From contig RDNZ01000001.1 in the NCBI GenBank assembly GCA_011364905.1, positions 96,001 through 160,000 on the forward strand: a stretch of DNA of 64,000 nucleotides, given 5' to 3'. This document shows positions 28,544 through 39,056 of this stretch, piece after piece; the stretch's first letter is position 1; each line of letters opens with the position of its first letter. A model generated the notes under the pieces. That model did not search any database, was not told where the DNA came from, and saw only the letters and a program-made list of their open reading frames with translations. The stretch comes from Candidatus Thorarchaeota archaeon. GTDB taxonomy: Archaea > Asgardarchaeota > Thorarchaeia > Thorarchaeales > Thorarchaeaceae. The position numbers were made by a program, and so were the translations under genes.

Positions 28544-29999
28544 CAGTCTGTTCAACGCTTTTGAGGACTCGTTCAAACCGTACGAGTGCATCTTCCACAA
28601 CTGCATCATCGTCTGCCATACTTGTATACATTCGAGAGCCTGCAAGTGTGACGATTCCCTCAGCCATGTAAGCCGCACCCACTCTCTCCATGAAGTGCTG
28701 CCTGATCTGAATCTCCTTCAAAATGGTCTTGATCTTGAAAGGATTTTTGATGACTTTCACAAACATGGTCCCAGAGGTTTCCAGATGACAGATGGCGCCC
28801 TGATTGTATGCCACAAAAGGCAGGTTCAGGTCATCAATGATATCTTCGAGACCCTTGGTCATCTTATCTGCAGCGTGTCCTGCTTTCTCGCAGGCATTGG
28901 TTCGGTCAATCTCCTGAATTGTGTAGTAACCTGCTGCAGAACTCAAAGGATTTGCAGCCAGAGTGCCACCAACATAAGCTCTCTTCTTACCACCTTCTAT
29001 GCCTGCTGAAACATGTTCCATAAGATCGCGTCTTCCACCAAGGCCTCCAGCTGCAGGATAGCCGCCAGCAACGACCTTACCAAAAGTCGTTAGGTCAGGG
29101 GTGATGCCGAAATAGCCCTGAGCTCCAGCAAGGCCGATCCTACCGAATGTGACGACTTCATCAAAGATGAGAAGGGCATCATATTGGTCACATAGCTCTC
29201 GTATCTGTTTGTTGTGGTCCTTATCAACAGGTCTGGTTCCGGACTCAGGACCAACTGGCTCAACTATAACAGCAGCAGTACCCCCCCGAATTCGGTTTGT
29301 GGACATTTTCCTGCGTAGAGCATCTATATCATTTGGAAATACCTCATGAGTGTGCTTTCTGCACCCGCCAGGAATACCATGCGCTTCGAAGCTACCAGTG
29401 CCTGGGATATGTAGTCCATACACCATCTGGTCGCTCCAGCCATGATACGCTCCTCCCATTTTGATGATCTTCTTTTTTCCAGTCGCGAGACGTGCAACTC
29501 GAATTGCAGCCATGGCTGATTCTGTTCCGCTCCCAAGCATTCGGAACATCTCAATGGACGGCATGTGTTTGCTGATTTCCTTAGCAAGTTTTAATTCGAA
29601 TTTAGAGAAAAGACCAGTTAACGGTGCTTTCTCATTAATCAGTTGAATTATCTTGTCTCTGACAGGTTTGTAGTTATTCCCCAGCATGATAGGGCCGCCT
29701 GATTGAAGGAAGTCAATATACTGATTGCCATCAGTGTCCCAAAGGTAAGCTCCATCTGCTCGATCAATTACAATAGGAAATGGATAGTTAAATGCAAGAT
29801 TGTGCTGGACACCTCCAGGAATGAAATTCTTGGCTTCAGTAATCATGTCCTTTGATTTCTTGCACTTCTCCTCGAAATATCGCAGGTATTCACTCATGGC
29901 TTTTTCTTCAATCCTGTACACAGGGAGGCTCATCAGATGGTCGAGCTTATCATAGATATCAGCAGTGTTGTGATATTCAGAGATACTAAAACCAGACAT
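28536..29999 (-). CDS. Class III PLP-dependent aminotransferase (GSA aminomutase-like)
   Basis: IPGGVQHN, GAYLWDTDGNQYIDF, SGTES, GAYHG, LIFDEV, FGKVVAGG PLP-Lys; start moved to 29999. Confidence 0.88.
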   Translation of the reverse strand: MSGFSISEYHNTADIYDKLDHLMSLPVYRIEEKAMSEYLRYFEEKCKKSKDMITEAKNFIPGGVQHNLAFNYPFPIVIDRADGAYLWDTDGNQYIDFLQSGGPIMLGNNYKPVRDKIIQLINEKAPLTGLFSKFELKLAKEISKHMPSIEMFRMLGSGTESAMAAIRVARLATGKKKIIKMGGAYHGWSDQMVYGLHIPGTGSFEAHGIPGGCRKHTHEVFPNDIDALRRKMSTNRIRGGTAAVIVEPVGPESGTRPVDKDHNKQIRELCDQYDALLIFDEVVTFGRIGLAGAQGYFGITPDLTTFGKVVAGGYPAAGGLGGRRDLMEHVSAGIEGGKKRAYVGGTLAANPLSSAAGYYTIQEIDRTNACEKAGHAADKMTKGLEDIIDDLNLPFVAYNQGAICHLETSGTMFVKVIKNPFKIKTILKEIQIRQHFMERVGAAYMAEGIVTLAGSRMYTSMADDDAVVEDALVRFERVLKSVEQTAI

Positions 30000-30098
30000 T
30001 TCACTCACACTGAGAGCAGATATCTCTCTCAATGAAAAGAGTTGTGGAGTTCAAGGGCACACCGATTCTTCCTGTCTTTCCTGAATCGGAGTAGTGAA

Positions 30099-30644
30099 TC
30101 ACTTTGTCGGTACGATTCCGCCAAATCCTATATGTGAGAATCTATCCGTAGATTCCCCCAAGTCTTTACATCGTTCTTCGAAGCGTGTCTGAAAAACAGC
30201 ATATTCCTCGTTCCACACATCAGCCTCCGTCTTAGACAAGAAAGTGAATGTGAATGATACCTTCGAACCTTTTTTTGATCTAGTTTGTTTTTCCAACGCT
30301 GACTTAGCCCGCTCCAACAATAGAGTGGAGATGATTTGTAGATGAGCAGAAGCTGACTCCAAAAACATTAGTCTTTTTCTAAGCGCCCCATCATCAGTAC
30401 CCTCAATGATTACTTCCTCATTGAAGTCAGGATTATGACTGTAGTACTTCACGGACCTACCCGTCTCTTGTACACGAACACTGAAGACATGAGCCTCTAC
30501 GAATTTTGAAAGGTGATGGGACATGGTGCTACGACTGATCTTTATCGTATCCATGAGCTCTTGCGCAGTTACCTCTCCTCTCAATAAGACCTCGAGGTAG
30601 ATCCTAGCCCTGACTGGATCGGAAAGAAGTTCAGGTAGTGTCAT
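30099..30644 (-). CDS. ArsR-family winged-helix regulator
   Basis: LSDPVRARIY...TAQEL...SRSTMSHHLSK...VKYY. Confidence 0.88.
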   Translation of the reverse strand: MTLPELLSDPVRARIYLEVLLRGEVTAQELMDTIKISRSTMSHHLSKFVEAHVFSVRVQETGRSVKYYSHNPDFNEEVIIEGTDDGALRKRLMFLESASAHLQIISTLLLERAKSALEKQTRSKKGSKVSFTFTFLSKTEADVWNEEYAVFQTRFEERCKDLGESTDRFSHIGFGGIVPTK

Positions 30645-30692
30645 ATTGCTATCCCCAATAGAGATGAACTAGTACCTGCTACGAGAAGAGAC

Positions 30693-30738
30693 CTTATAAG
30701 TTCGACGTTGTCAATATATTTCGATATTATCGAAATAT
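30693..30738. promoter_or_regulatory. TATA box plus perfect 11-1-11 palindrome operator between divergent arsR and hydrolase genes
   Basis: CTTATAAG 30693; degenerate TTCGACGTTGTCAA 30701; ATATTTCGATA-T-TATCGAAATAT 30716-30738. Confidence 0.72.
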
Positions 30739-30762
30739 TTTCATATATTCGGAGGCAGCGCG

Positions 30763-31788
30763 ATGTCAGAGTTTGATATTGATGAGTTCAGGAAACTGAT
30801 TGAGAATCAAGTGGAGAACGACAAATTCTCAGGGACAGTGTTGGTTGCCAAGGATGACAAAATCATGTTCAAAGAAGCATATGGAATGGCATCAAAGACT
30901 TTTGATGTCCCAAATGAGATTGATACAAAGTACAATATTGGTTCTCTGAACAAACTAATAACAAAGATTGCCATTCTGCAACTGGTTCAAGCTGGCAAGG
31001 TGGTTCTTGATGATTTTGTGGGCAAGCATTTGCCGGAGTTTCGAGAAGACATTGCCTCAAGTGTGAGAATCAGACATCTCATCACATTTACATCGGGATT
31101 GGGAGACTATTTTGGCCAGAAGTTTGACGCGGCATTGGGTAGACTTCGAAAGGTTTCCGATTTTGTGCCATTCTTCATTGATGACCCCCTTCTATCAAAA
31201 CCTGGAGAGAAGCGGAACTACAGCAATGCAGGATATGTTGTACTTGGTTTGATCATAGAGGCGGCAACTGGGATGGATTACTATGACTATGTGAGAGAGA
31301 ATATCTATGCTCCTGCTGGAATGATGAACACTGATCACTATGAAGTGGACTCTGCCACACCAAAGATGGCTACGGGATACACTCGCATGATGCCAGGTGG
31401 CTCTGAGCATCCCAATAAGCGGAGATGCAATTACTTTATCATAGGAAGCCGTGGCAGTCCAGCAGGAGGAGGATACTCAACAGTTGAGGACTTTCTCTTA
31501 TTAGATAATGCAATAGCGAATAATGATCTTTTGAACTCGGCTTATTCCAATATGGTACTAAGACCTCTAGAGGTAGACCCAGGTACGCCTCTAAGGGTTA
31601 TTGCGATGGCAGGAGGAGCCCCTGGACTTACGGCGCTCTACATCAAGTTCTTTGAATTCGGCCTCACATTCATTGTGATGTCAAACTACGACCCTGAGGA
31701 TGTCGAACCCTTAGCAGAACAGATCAGAGACCTTGTCATTCCTAAATTCTCGCAAAGCAAGGTTGTCAGGCAGCATGACAATTGCTAG
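30763..31788 (+). CDS. Cytoplasmic serine hydrolase (beta-lactamase class C / PBP-like fold)
   Basis: FSGTVLVA, GSLNK (SxxK), HLITFTSG, YSNAGY, PAGGGYST; GGAGG RBS. Confidence 0.9.
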   Translation: MSEFDIDEFRKLIENQVENDKFSGTVLVAKDDKIMFKEAYGMASKTFDVPNEIDTKYNIGSLNKLITKIAILQLVQAGKVVLDDFVGKHLPEFREDIASSVRIRHLITFTSGLGDYFGQKFDAALGRLRKVSDFVPFFIDDPLLSKPGEKRNYSNAGYVVLGLIIEAATGMDYYDYVRENIYAPAGMMNTDHYEVDSATPKMATGYTRMMPGGSEHPNKRRCNYFIIGSRGSPAGGGYSTVEDFLLLDNAIANNDLLNSAYSNMVLRPLEVDPGTPLRVIAMAGGAPGLTALYIKFFEFGLTFIVMSNYDPEDVEPLAEQIRDLVIPKFSQSKVVRQHDNC

Positions 31789-31818
31789 TGGGCAAAAAAG
31801 AGTCACGGGAAGGAGTCC

Positions 31819-32166
31819 TCAGACCTCCTTCCGTGCGTATATGTACTCTCTTTTATCCTCCCCAACAATCTCAACCATGTTCCACTTCATAAGAGCGAGG
31901 AGATTCTCAAGAATGTAGTCCTTCTCCATCATCGTTGCTTTTGCAATCTCTGTGATTGTCGCAGGTCCATCCTTTAACTCTCCAAGAATATAGCTTCGGT
32001 CAATCTCCTCTCGGACTGTCTGCTCCATTAGTTGTTTGAGTCTCTCAGGTGTTAGGTCTCCGCGCTGAAGAAGAACATCACCTTTGCCAATAAGCCATCT
32101 CAAGCGCTCGTTTCCAAAAGCTTCAGCAGCTGCATCCACTTTCTCCATGTTGGCTGTTTCTTTCAC
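31819..32166 (-). CDS. Small helical/wHTH protein closing the hdr operon
   Basis: ERLRWLIGK helix plus wHTH (GPATITEIAKAT...ILENLLAL..WNMVE); GTGA overlap with hdrA. Confidence 0.75.
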   Translation of the reverse strand: MKETANMEKVDAAAEAFGNERLRWLIGKGDVLLQRGDLTPERLKQLMEQTVREEIDRSYILGELKDGPATITEIAKATMMEKDYILENLLALMKWNMVEIVGEDKREYIYARKEV

Positions 32167-33914
32167 TGTTCGCCACCTCCTTTCAGAGTCTGAGGTGTCA
32201 GATATGCCTCGACCATGGTCATGATCTGTTCGTCAGTGGAATGTCGCATTGTGATTGCATTACTTGGACATGCAGCTGCACACGTCCCACAGCCTTTGCA
32301 CTTTGCCTCGGTGACAAATGCTATTGGTGGATCGTTTGTTGTGAGCATTCCTATGGCTCCGAATGGGCAAGCTGTCACACAGGTATGACATGACGAGCAA
32401 AGCGTTTCATCAACCCACGAAACCGTCGACTCAATCTCCACGTTCTTTTGAGCCATCAGCGAGGTTGCCTTTGCAGCTGCTCCACTGGCTTGTGTCGCGC
32501 TATCAGTAGCATCCTTTGCTGCTTGAGCAGCTCCTGCAATCATGATACCCGCAGTATGTGTTGTGAGAGGTGCAAGCTTGATGTGCTCCTCATTGAAGAA
32601 ACCGTCTCCCGAGCGAGTCAGACTGAACATCTTGCTGACCTCATCCGTTGTAGGAGGAGGAACCATAGCTGTAGTGAGTATTAGGAGGTCTGGCTGAAAC
32701 TCACAATAGGTCTCTGACAGGACATCTTTCCACTTGACGACAATATCGTCTCCTTTAAGGCAGACCTTTGGTTTTTTCGTATGTGCAAACTTCGAGAACA
32801 TAACGTGTTTCTGTCTTGCTTCTCGATGGATCTCCTCATGCCCCCTTCCGAATGTTCTAATGTCATCATAGAGAACCATTACTTCATCTGAGATATCCTT
32901 GATTTCAGAGGCTGCTTTCGTCATTGCGGTGCAGCAATAACGTGAACAATGCTCATGGCCCTTGTTGCCCTCTTCTCGAGAACCAACACACCCGACGAAC
33001 ATGACTTGTTTTGGTGGCTTGCCATCACTAATCCGAAGCACTGAGCCATTCTTCTTCATTTTTTCATAATCTGCGAGGGTGATGATGTTTGGATTATTTC
33101 CGTATTCGTAGTATCCTTCTGGCTCGAATGGTTCAAACCCTGTTGCGACAATGACTGTCCCAACTGTTCGTTTGACTGTCTTGCTAGTCTTCAAGTTCTT
33201 GATTTCAACTTCAAAGTCCCCAATATGGCCGTCAAAATCAACGACAACGGAGTCCGTCAACAACTCAACATCTTCAATTGCTCGTGCGGCAATGAGCATG
33301 CGGTCAATCACATCCTCAGCTTTCTCATTGTTGGGATACATCGTTGAGAGATATCGAAGATGCCCTCCGAGCTCCGACTCCTTTTCAACAAGAGTCACTT
33401 TGAATCCACGGGATCCAATGTCCACGACCGCCCTAAGTCCAGTGACACCACCTCCCACAACAAGAGTATGCGGTGTGACTTCAACTGTTTTCACTTCAAG
33501 TGGCTCAAGAAGTGCTGCTCGCGCTGCTGCCATACGAACGAGATCATTAGCCTTTGCTGTTGCTTTTTCTGGTTCTAGAGCATGACACCAACTGCAGTGT
33601 TCCCTAAGGTTCACCTGCTCGAAAAGATACCTGTTGAGTCCAGCCTCCTCTACAACTCGTCGGAATGTGGGCTCATGCATTCGCGGCGAGCAGCTAGCAA
33701 CCACAACCCGATTCAGATTGTTAACATGAATCATGTCTTTGATTAACTGTTGACCAGAATCGCTACACATGAACATGAAGTCAGTTGCATACTCAACATG
33801 GGGATAGTATTGAGCGTTCCGAGCAACCTGTTCCACATCTATTGTTCCAGCTATATTGTGTCCACAGTGACAGACAAACACACCAATCCTTGGTTCATCT
33901 ACCTGTTCCATCAC
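32163..33914 (-). CDS. hdrA: HdrA-like flavoprotein lacking the inserted ferredoxin
   Basis: RIGVFVCHCG.NI, VVASCSPR.HE, NLREHCSW, GGGVTG, CVGSR...HCSRYCC, C-terminal 2x CxxCxxCxxxCP. Confidence 0.9.
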   Translation of the reverse strand: MMEQVDEPRIGVFVCHCGHNIAGTIDVEQVARNAQYYPHVEYATDFMFMCSDSGQQLIKDMIHVNNLNRVVVASCSPRMHEPTFRRVVEEAGLNRYLFEQVNLREHCSWCHALEPEKATAKANDLVRMAAARAALLEPLEVKTVEVTPHTLVVGGGVTGLRAVVDIGSRGFKVTLVEKESELGGHLRYLSTMYPNNEKAEDVIDRMLIAARAIEDVELLTDSVVVDFDGHIGDFEVEIKNLKTSKTVKRTVGTVIVATGFEPFEPEGYYEYGNNPNIITLADYEKMKKNGSVLRISDGKPPKQVMFVGCVGSREEGNKGHEHCSRYCCTAMTKAASEIKDISDEVMVLYDDIRTFGRGHEEIHREARQKHVMFSKFAHTKKPKVCLKGDDIVVKWKDVLSETYCEFQPDLLILTTAMVPPPTTDEVSKMFSLTRSGDGFFNEEHIKLAPLTTHTAGIMIAGAAQAAKDATDSATQASGAAAKATSLMAQKNVEIESTVSWVDETLCSSCHTCVTACPFGAIGMLTTNDPPIAFVTEAKCKGCGTCAAACPSNAITMRHSTDEQIMTMVEAYLTPQTLKGGGEQ

Positions 33915-35251
33915 TGTTCACCTCCTTGCGCAAGAGTGATACTAGCCCGCATTGCAGCTGCGCTCCCGGCTGCAACGGAGTCCGGAATGTCCTTTGCAGA
34001 CTCGGCGCAACCTGCGACATAGACACCTGGAACTGCAGTATCTACAGGATTACTCGCGGGGTATTGGATTGGAATGAACCCATCCACACTGACCTCTAGT
34101 CCCACATAGTCAGCAAGTTCCTTCAGGCCTTTCGGAGGAAGTATGCCCGGACAGAGGACAAGTAGTTCATGTTCCTGTTTTAGGAACTCGCCGGTCTCAG
34201 TGTTTTCGGCCCAGATTTTGACGTTCTTGGTCTTCGAATCCTCAGAAACCTCACCAACGCGCCCTCGGATGAACTTGATTCCGAAGCGCTCCTTGGCCAT
34301 CGTATAGAACTCTTCGAATCCCTTTCCATATGCTCTGATGTCTGCATAGTAGACTGTCACATTCTTGACAATATCGTGCTGAAGTTCTTTGGACATGACT
34401 GCGTTTTTGATCCCATACATACAACATACACGACTGCAGTACGGTACGCCTTTTTGCACATCACGAGCGCCTACGCACTGTATAAAGCCAATCGACTTCG
34501 GGATCTTTCCATCACTCAGACGCATCAGTTTACCCCCAGTTGGACCAGCAGCATTGATAATTCGTTCATACTCAAGAGCATTGATGACATTCTTGAACCG
34601 ACCATATCCTAACCTGTGGTATTGCGACACATCAAACAACTCATAGCCTGTTGCTATGACAATAGCGCCTGCAGGAATCTCAAGTTGCTCATCCTCCATA
34701 GAGAGGTCTATGGCATCCCTCTGACAGGATTTGACACAGAGTTCACACTTGATGCAATTATCCTTGTCAATCGTATACACCAGTGGTGTGTTTTGTGGGA
34801 ACCCTATGTAGATAGCCTTCCTGTATCCAAGATTCTGGTCAAACTCGTTTCTCACTTGGACAGGACAATGAGGTACGCAATCTCCACATCCCGAACATTT
34901 GTCTTCCAAGACTCTTCTGGCTTTCTTGAGAACCTGAACTCTGAAATTCCCTGCTTCACCTGAAATTCCCTTGATCTCGCTATAGGTCAATAGTTTGATG
35001 TTTGGATGCCGGGACACTTGGCTTAGTCTGGGAGTCAAGATGCAAGCACTGCAGTCCAGCGTGGGGAAGGTCTTGTCGAGCATTGCCATGACACCACCGA
35101 TTGATGGCGTTTTCTCCACCAGAACAACTTGATATCCCTGATCTGCAATGTCAAGAGCTGCCTGCATCCCTGCCACTCCGCCTCCGACGACAACTGCAGT
35201 TTCGGCGGGTCTCATTGAACCAAAGTCAACCTTTTCGTCTGCTATGGTCAC
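33911..35251 (-). CDS. hdrA: HdrA-like flavoprotein lacking the N-terminal and C-terminal domains
   Basis: GGGVAG, LDKTFPTLDCSACIL, inserted 2x[4Fe-4S], CVGARD..YCSRVCC, PKDIPD-like; ends before any C-terminal ferredoxin. Confidence 0.9.
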   Translation of the reverse strand: MTIADEKVDFGSMRPAETAVVVGGGVAGMQAALDIADQGYQVVLVEKTPSIGGVMAMLDKTFPTLDCSACILTPRLSQVSRHPNIKLLTYSEIKGISGEAGNFRVQVLKKARRVLEDKCSGCGDCVPHCPVQVRNEFDQNLGYRKAIYIGFPQNTPLVYTIDKDNCIKCELCVKSCQRDAIDLSMEDEQLEIPAGAIVIATGYELFDVSQYHRLGYGRFKNVINALEYERIINAAGPTGGKLMRLSDGKIPKSIGFIQCVGARDVQKGVPYCSRVCCMYGIKNAVMSKELQHDIVKNVTVYYADIRAYGKGFEEFYTMAKERFGIKFIRGRVGEVSEDSKTKNVKIWAENTETGEFLKQEHELLVLCPGILPPKGLKELADYVGLEVSVDGFIPIQYPASNPVDTAVPGVYVAGCAESAKDIPDSVAAGSAAAMRASITLAQGGEQ

Positions 35252-35679
35252 TTTCCAGCACCTCCTGCTTTCAGCGGACTAGGTCCCAATAGCCGGATAG
35301 ATTCCGTCATCTCGGTTATCCCCTCTGCCCATTGTTGTCCTTCTGAGGCACTTGCCCAGAGAAGCTTGAGCCTGTCTGGGTGCAGCCCCATAGTTTTCAT
35401 TGCCATTTGGAGGGCATCGAATCTGACCTGGGTTCGGTAGTTGCCGGTTGCGTAATGACAATCGCCAGGATGACACCCAGTGACCATCACTCCATCGGCA
35501 CCTCCTTTGAACGCTTCAATCACCATTACTGGGTCCACTCGCCCGGAACACATCAAGCGAATGACCTTTGCATTGGGAGGATGTTGTATTCGAGAGATGC
35601 CGGCTAGATCTGCCCCTCCATAGGAACACCAGTTGCAGGTAAACGCAACAATCTTCGGTTCGAATCTCTTTCGAGTCAC
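35248..35679 (-). CDS. mvhD: MvhD [2Fe-2S] subunit
   Basis: FEPKIVAFTCNWCSYGGAD, MCSGRVDP, GCHPGDCHY, WASASEG; GTG 35679 overlaps the upstream TGA. Confidence 0.95.
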   Translation of the reverse strand: MTRKRFEPKIVAFTCNWCSYGGADLAGISRIQHPPNAKVIRLMCSGRVDPVMVIEAFKGGADGVMVTGCHPGDCHYATGNYRTQVRFDALQMAMKTMGLHPDRLKLLWASASEGQQWAEGITEMTESIRLLGPSPLKAGGAGK

Positions 35680-38600
35680 GGTATCAACTCTCCTCTTACA
35701 GATGCCGCAGCTAAAATCTGCGGTATGATCTGTTGCTTGCGATAATGTCGCATATCGATAGCATTCTTTGGACATGCTGCCGCGCAGGTCCCACAGCCTT
35801 GACAAAGCTCGAACATTACCCGACGTTCCTCTCCAGTCCCGGTAATTGCAAAATATGGGCAAAGATCTGTACAAAGGTCACAGTCAAAGCATCGCTCTGT
35901 GTCTATCTCAGCATAGATCGGTTCCACATAGAAGACACCAGGTGCCATCAGGGCCTGAGCACCAGCAGCTGCACCTTTCCCATAGGCGACAGCCTTTGGA
36001 ATGTCCATGGGCCCAAGTACAGCTCCAGCCAAGAACACTCCATCCTGAAATGAGTCTACAGGACGCAGTTTCGGATGAGCTTCCATCAAGAACCCATATT
36101 CCCCAGTGGAAACCTTCAGCTTTCGGGCAAGCTCGGCTGTGTTATCATTTGGCAGCAAGGCAGTTGCAAGAACCACAAGGTCAGTGGTAGTTTCAAGACG
36201 CGCACCTGTGTATAGATCCTCTGCTAGAACAACAAGGGACTTGGTTTCAGGATCTTCCTCAATCTCAGAGGGACGACCTTTTACCACAACTACGCCCTTC
36301 TCCCTTGCCCGCCTGTAGAGACCTTCGTATCCAAGTCCATGAGTTCTGATATCCATGGCATACACAGTGACCTCTGTCTTTGGATACTTCTCTTTGATCT
36401 GAATAGCTTGCTTCAGTGAATTTTCGCAGCCAATATAGCAGCAATAGTCTTGGTTAAATCGTCGGTCTCTTGACCCAACGCACTGGACAAAAGCTACTCG
36501 TTTGGGAACCGTGTGATCCGAAGGACGATATGGCTTACCCTGAGTTGGACCTGCTGCGTTGGTCAGCCGTTCTAGCTGTGCGTTCGTAATGACATTTTCA
36601 AAAGTTCCATACCCAAATTCACGTGTTTCAATGGGATCATGGACCTTGAATCCTGTGGCTACTATGATGGTTCCTATGTTGAGCTCAACAATCTCATCTT
36701 GAAGCGAGTGGTCAACAGCCTCGAGTTTACAAGCCTCAACGCACTTCTCACATTCGCAGCATACACCACAGCTCAAGCAGCGTTCGGCTTCGGCAAGCGC
36801 TACAGCCTCTTTGAATCCAAGTTCAACCTCACCAAATGATGTAGTTCTCTTGGACTTGCTGAGAGTCCGCATAACTGGTGCATAACTCATCTTGATACTA
36901 CCATCAATCTCGATATTTTCGATGGGCTTCAGATATTCTTCGCGGCCTTCTAAAAGATCTTCATCCTTTAGATATCGATCAATAGATTTAGCAGCTTCTT
37001 TCCCTGCGGCTACAGCCTCGACAACAGTACCACCGCCGCCAAGAACTACAGCGCCTCCACCAAAAACACCTTTCATGTTTGTCTGAAGAGTGACTGGGTT
37101 AACTTCAAGTGAGCCCCACATTGTGGGTTCGAGCTGTGTTAGCAATGCATCAGCAGTCACCTCCTGACCTATTGCGATGATGACATTATCAACCGACATC
37201 TTGAATTCTGAATCCGGAATAGGAATTGGTCTTCTCCTACCGGTATCATCTGGTTTACCTAGTTTCATTCGTACACATTTCATTCCTGAAACTTGCTTAT
37301 TCTTCTCGATGACCTCCACAGGATTCGCTAGAAGGGCAATCTTGACTCCTTCTTCTTCTGCTGCATCTATCTCAGATGAAATTGCTGGCATTTCTTCTCT
37401 AGAACGGCGATAGACAATCGTGACTTTCTTTGCCCCTAACCGTCTAGCAGTGCGTGCAGCATCAATTGCTGCATTGCCTCCACCGATCACCGCAACGTTA
37501 CGACCAATCTCAACGGTTTTTCCGCTGTTCACCTTATCGAGGAAAGCGAGTGCGTGATGAACACCTTTGGCATTCTCGCCCTTGATATTCATCTTGCGAC
37601 TGCCAGGAGCCCCAGTTCCAACAAAGATGGCTTTAAAGCCTTGACTTCTTAGTTCCTCAATTGATTCTATTTTGGATCCTGTTTTGATTGTAACTCCAAG
37701 CTTCTTGATGATTCCAATCTCATCATCTAAAATGTCCCGGGGGAGCCGATATTCAGGGATACCATACCTAAGTAGACCTCCAGCTTTCTTTCTTGCTTCG
37801 AAGACTGTAACTGAGTATCCTTCTCTAACGAGATCATACGCGCAAGCAAGACCAGCAGGTCCAGCCCCAACGATAGCAATTGGTTTCTTAGCTTTCTTCT
37901 TATTGGGAACAATCGGATCGATTTTGATTTCACCAGCCTCTCTTTCATAGTCAGCTAAGAATCTGTGCAGGTTTCTGATACTTACGGATTCATCATATTT
38001 TCCACGCTCACATTCTAACTGACAAGGATTCGTACAGACTCTACCCAACGTACCAGCGAAAGGCGAGCTCTTTCGATAAATCTCAAGAGCCTCATCGAAA
38101 CGTTCCTCTTTAAGGAGGATAATGAATGCTTGAACATTCACATGCGCTGGGCAGGCGATCTTACAAGCAGAGGTGCCTCTCTTGTCAATCGTATACTTGT
38201 TAGGCACTGCCTGTGGAAATGGCCTGTAAGCCGCTCTACGTGTAGCAAGTCCGAATTCATAGTCGTTCTTTACACTAACAGGGCAGGCTTTTTCGCAGTC
38301 ACCACACCCATTGCATTTGTCATAATTGATGTAAGGCGACTTCTTTCTTACTTTCAAACGGAAGTTGCCGACGTATCCATCCACACTATCGAGCTCGCTA
38401 TAGGTCATGAGATTGATTTTTGGATGCTGACCAACCTTGGACATGATTGGTCCCAAAATGCAAATCGCACAATCATTTTGTGGGAAGACCTTGTCAAGCA
38501 GAGCCATTTGGCCCCCGATTGTTGGACGACTTTCAATAAGGTGAGTTTCAAATCCCGCATTAGCCAGATCTAGAGCTGCAGAAATGCCAGCTACTCCTCC

Positions 38601-39056
38601 ACCAATAACCGCAGCGCTTTGTATCACGTCGACCGCTTTTCTTTCTAAGGGCTCAAGGTACTTTACACGCTCAACCGCCATTGCGATGAGCTCCTCAGCC
38701 TTCATGGTTGCGAGGTCGTGATCATCCATGTGAACCCAACTTACATGTTCACGAAGATTTACCTGATCGTAGAGATAGCGGTTCAATCCAGCCTCTTCAA
38801 CACAGGCACGGAAAACTGGTTCATGTGTTCGGGGTGTGCAAGAAGCAACAACAACTCTGTTTAGGCTGTATTCCCGAATCGCCTGTTTGATATTCTCTTG
38901 TCCATCGTCAGAGCATGCAAACAGCAAATCTACTGCATAAGCAACATCTGGAAGATTCAATGCGTATTTTGCTACACGTTCGCAGTCTACTGTGCCTGCG
39001 ATGTTCAAACCACAGTGACATATGAACACGCCTACTCGCAATTCTGGTTCACTCAT
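35676..39056 (-). CDS. hdrA: Large HdrA with an embedded GltD/NfnB-like FAD/NAD(P)H module (HdrL-type)
   Basis: Complete HdrA motifs interrupted (~36770-38170) by ACKIACP...[42 protein letters not shown]. Confidence 0.92.
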   Translation of the reverse strand: MSEPELRVGVFICHCGLNIAGTVDCERVAKYALNLPDVAYAVDLLFACSDDGQENIKQAIREYSLNRVVVASCTPRTHEPVFRACVEEAGLNRYLYDQVNLREHVSWVHMDDHDLATMKAEELIAMAVERVKYLEPLERKAVDVIQSAAVIGGGVAGISAALDLANAGFETHLIESRPTIGGQMALLDKVFPQNDCAICILGPIMSKVGQHPKINLMTYSELDSVDGYVGNFRLKVRKKSPYINYDKCNGCGDCEKACPVSVKNDYEFGLATRRAAYRPFPQAVPNKYTIDKRGTSACKIACPAHVNVQAFIILLKEERFDEALEIYRKSSPFAGTLGRVCTNPCQLECERGKYDESVSIRNLHRFLADYEREAGEIKIDPIVPNKKKAKKPIAIVGAGPAGLACAYDLVREGYSVTVFEARKKAGGLLRYGIPEYRLPRDILDDEIGIIKKLGVTIKTGSKIESIEELRSQGFKAIFVGTGAPGSRKMNIKGENAKGVHHALAFLDKVNSGKTVEIGRNVAVIGGGNAAIDAARTARRLGAKKVTIVYRRSREEMPAISSEIDAAEEEGVKIALLANPVEVIEKNKQVSGMKCVRMKLGKPDDTGRRRPIPIPDSEFKMSVDNVIIAIGQEVTADALLTQLEPTMWGSLEVNPVTLQTNMKGVFGGGAVVLGGGGTVVEAVAAGKEAAKSIDRYLKDEDLLEGREEYLKPIENIEIDGSIKMSYAPVMRTLSKSKRTTSFGEVELGFKEAVALAEAERCLSCGVCCECEKCVEACKLEAVDHSLQDEIVELNIGTIIVATGFKVHDPIETREFGYGTFENVITNAQLERLTNAAGPTQGKPYRPSDHTVPKRVAFVQCVGSRDRRFNQDYCCYIGCENSLKQAIQIKEKYPKTEVTVYAMDIRTHGLGYEGLYRRAREKGVVVVKGRPSEIEEDPETKSLVVLAEDLYTGARLETTTDLVVLATALLPNDNTAELARKLKVSTGEYGFLMEAHPKLRPVDSFQDGVFLAGAVLGPMDIPKAVAYGKGAAAGAQALMAPGVFYVEPIYAEIDTERCFDCDLCTDLCPYFAITGTGEERRVMFELCQGCGTCAAACPKNAIDMRHYRKQQIIPQILAAASVRGELIP

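Noticed and set aside
28536-29999. Calling this gene hemL
   Set aside because: It has the fold motifs but an extended N-terminus, GGVQHN instead of GGVNSP, and no tetrapyrrole gene context
23509-31788. Two bona fide beta-lactam resistance genes
   Set aside because: The SxxK/YxN fold is shared with esterases and D-peptidases, and archaea lack the beta-lactam target
35680-35874. N-terminal Cys-containing extension of MvhD shown in the ORF track
   Set aside because: It overlaps the hdrA coding end in another frame; the GTGA-coupled start at 35679 gives a normal-length MvhD
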